Below, piece by piece: positions 63,793 through 64,000 of a DNA stretch of 64,000 nt. A program made the position numbers and the translations under genes. The stretch's first letter is position 1, and the number at the start of each line of letters is the position of its first letter. Origin of the DNA: Chloroflexota bacterium (GTDB taxonomy: Bacteria; Chloroflexota; Ktedonobacteria; Ktedonobacterales; JADMIN01); assembly GCA_021323855.1 (NCBI GenBank), contig JAJPKE010000005.1, forward strand, positions 45,935-109,934, read 5' to 3'. Below the pieces are notes generated by a model. The model saw nothing but the letters and a program-made list of their open reading frames with translations, had not been told where the DNA came from and made no database searches.

Positions 63793-64000
63793 TTATCTCT
63801 GCGGACCATGTAGGAACAGCACACCCAACCAAATCAGCCACGCAGGATTCGCCAGCAAGCTCGCCAGCCCGCCAGGAATCAGGATTGCCAGGCTCGATGG
63901 ACGATTCACGAGCAGATTGCCCAGGAACAGCGCCACCAACGAGGCGGCAAGAATCAATCCGACAAAGCCGACTGACCGTGGAAACGGGCCGCCCTGCGTG
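63793..64000 (-). CDS. C-terminal part of a membrane protein; 5' end lies beyond the right edge
   Basis: Not in the track. My translation: ..GFVGLILAASLVALFLGNLLVNRPSSLAILIPGGLASLLANPAWLIWLGVLFLHGPQR-stop (TAA 63793-63795). Confidence 0.4.
   Translation of the reverse strand, partial: TQGGPFPRSVGFVGLILAASLVALFLGNLLVNRPSSLAILIPGGLASLLANPAWLIWLGVLFLHGPQR

Overview
High-GC (about 60% by eye) bacterial chromosomal window with roughly 58 protein-coding genes. I found no rRNA, tRNA, CRISPR array, transposase or integrase. A Chloroflexota/Ktedonobacteria-like origin is my unverified guess, based on the GC-rich CCCCTCTCC..GGAGAGGGG hairpin repeats and an XRE-NB-ARC-TPR regulator. Content is mostly accessory and regulatory: ArsR, TetR, MerR and MarR regulators, two OmpR-type two-component systems (one next to an HtrA protease), a sigma-70 factor, two ABC systems plus an MFS efflux pump, an ABC exporter, five GNAT acetyltransferases, an APH-type kinase, a ParE/RelE-like toxin-antitoxin pair, and housekeeping-type enzymes (PepA, GGT, a HisC-like aminotransferase, a crotonase). 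Main points: (1) a deiodinase-like thioredoxin-fold gene (36273-37016) has an in-frame TGA on the catalytic Sec/Cys position, followed by a SECIS-like hairpin, so it is a candidate selenoprotein. (2) A second in-frame TGA splits a three-module lipoprotein (39368-40303). (3) A lower-GC, same-strand block (56106-63150) encodes a STAND NTPase, a two-component system and a TIR-TM-beta-propeller protein. (4) An abundant intergenic hairpin repeat family (11 copies) is placed in an orientation-specific way relative to stop and start codons. (5) The same palindrome occurs on both sides of a merR gene. Several track ORFs were re-started at internal codons preceded by SD-like sequences. Two edge genes missing from the track were recovered by manual translation. 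All domain calls rest on motif recognition only; no searches were run.
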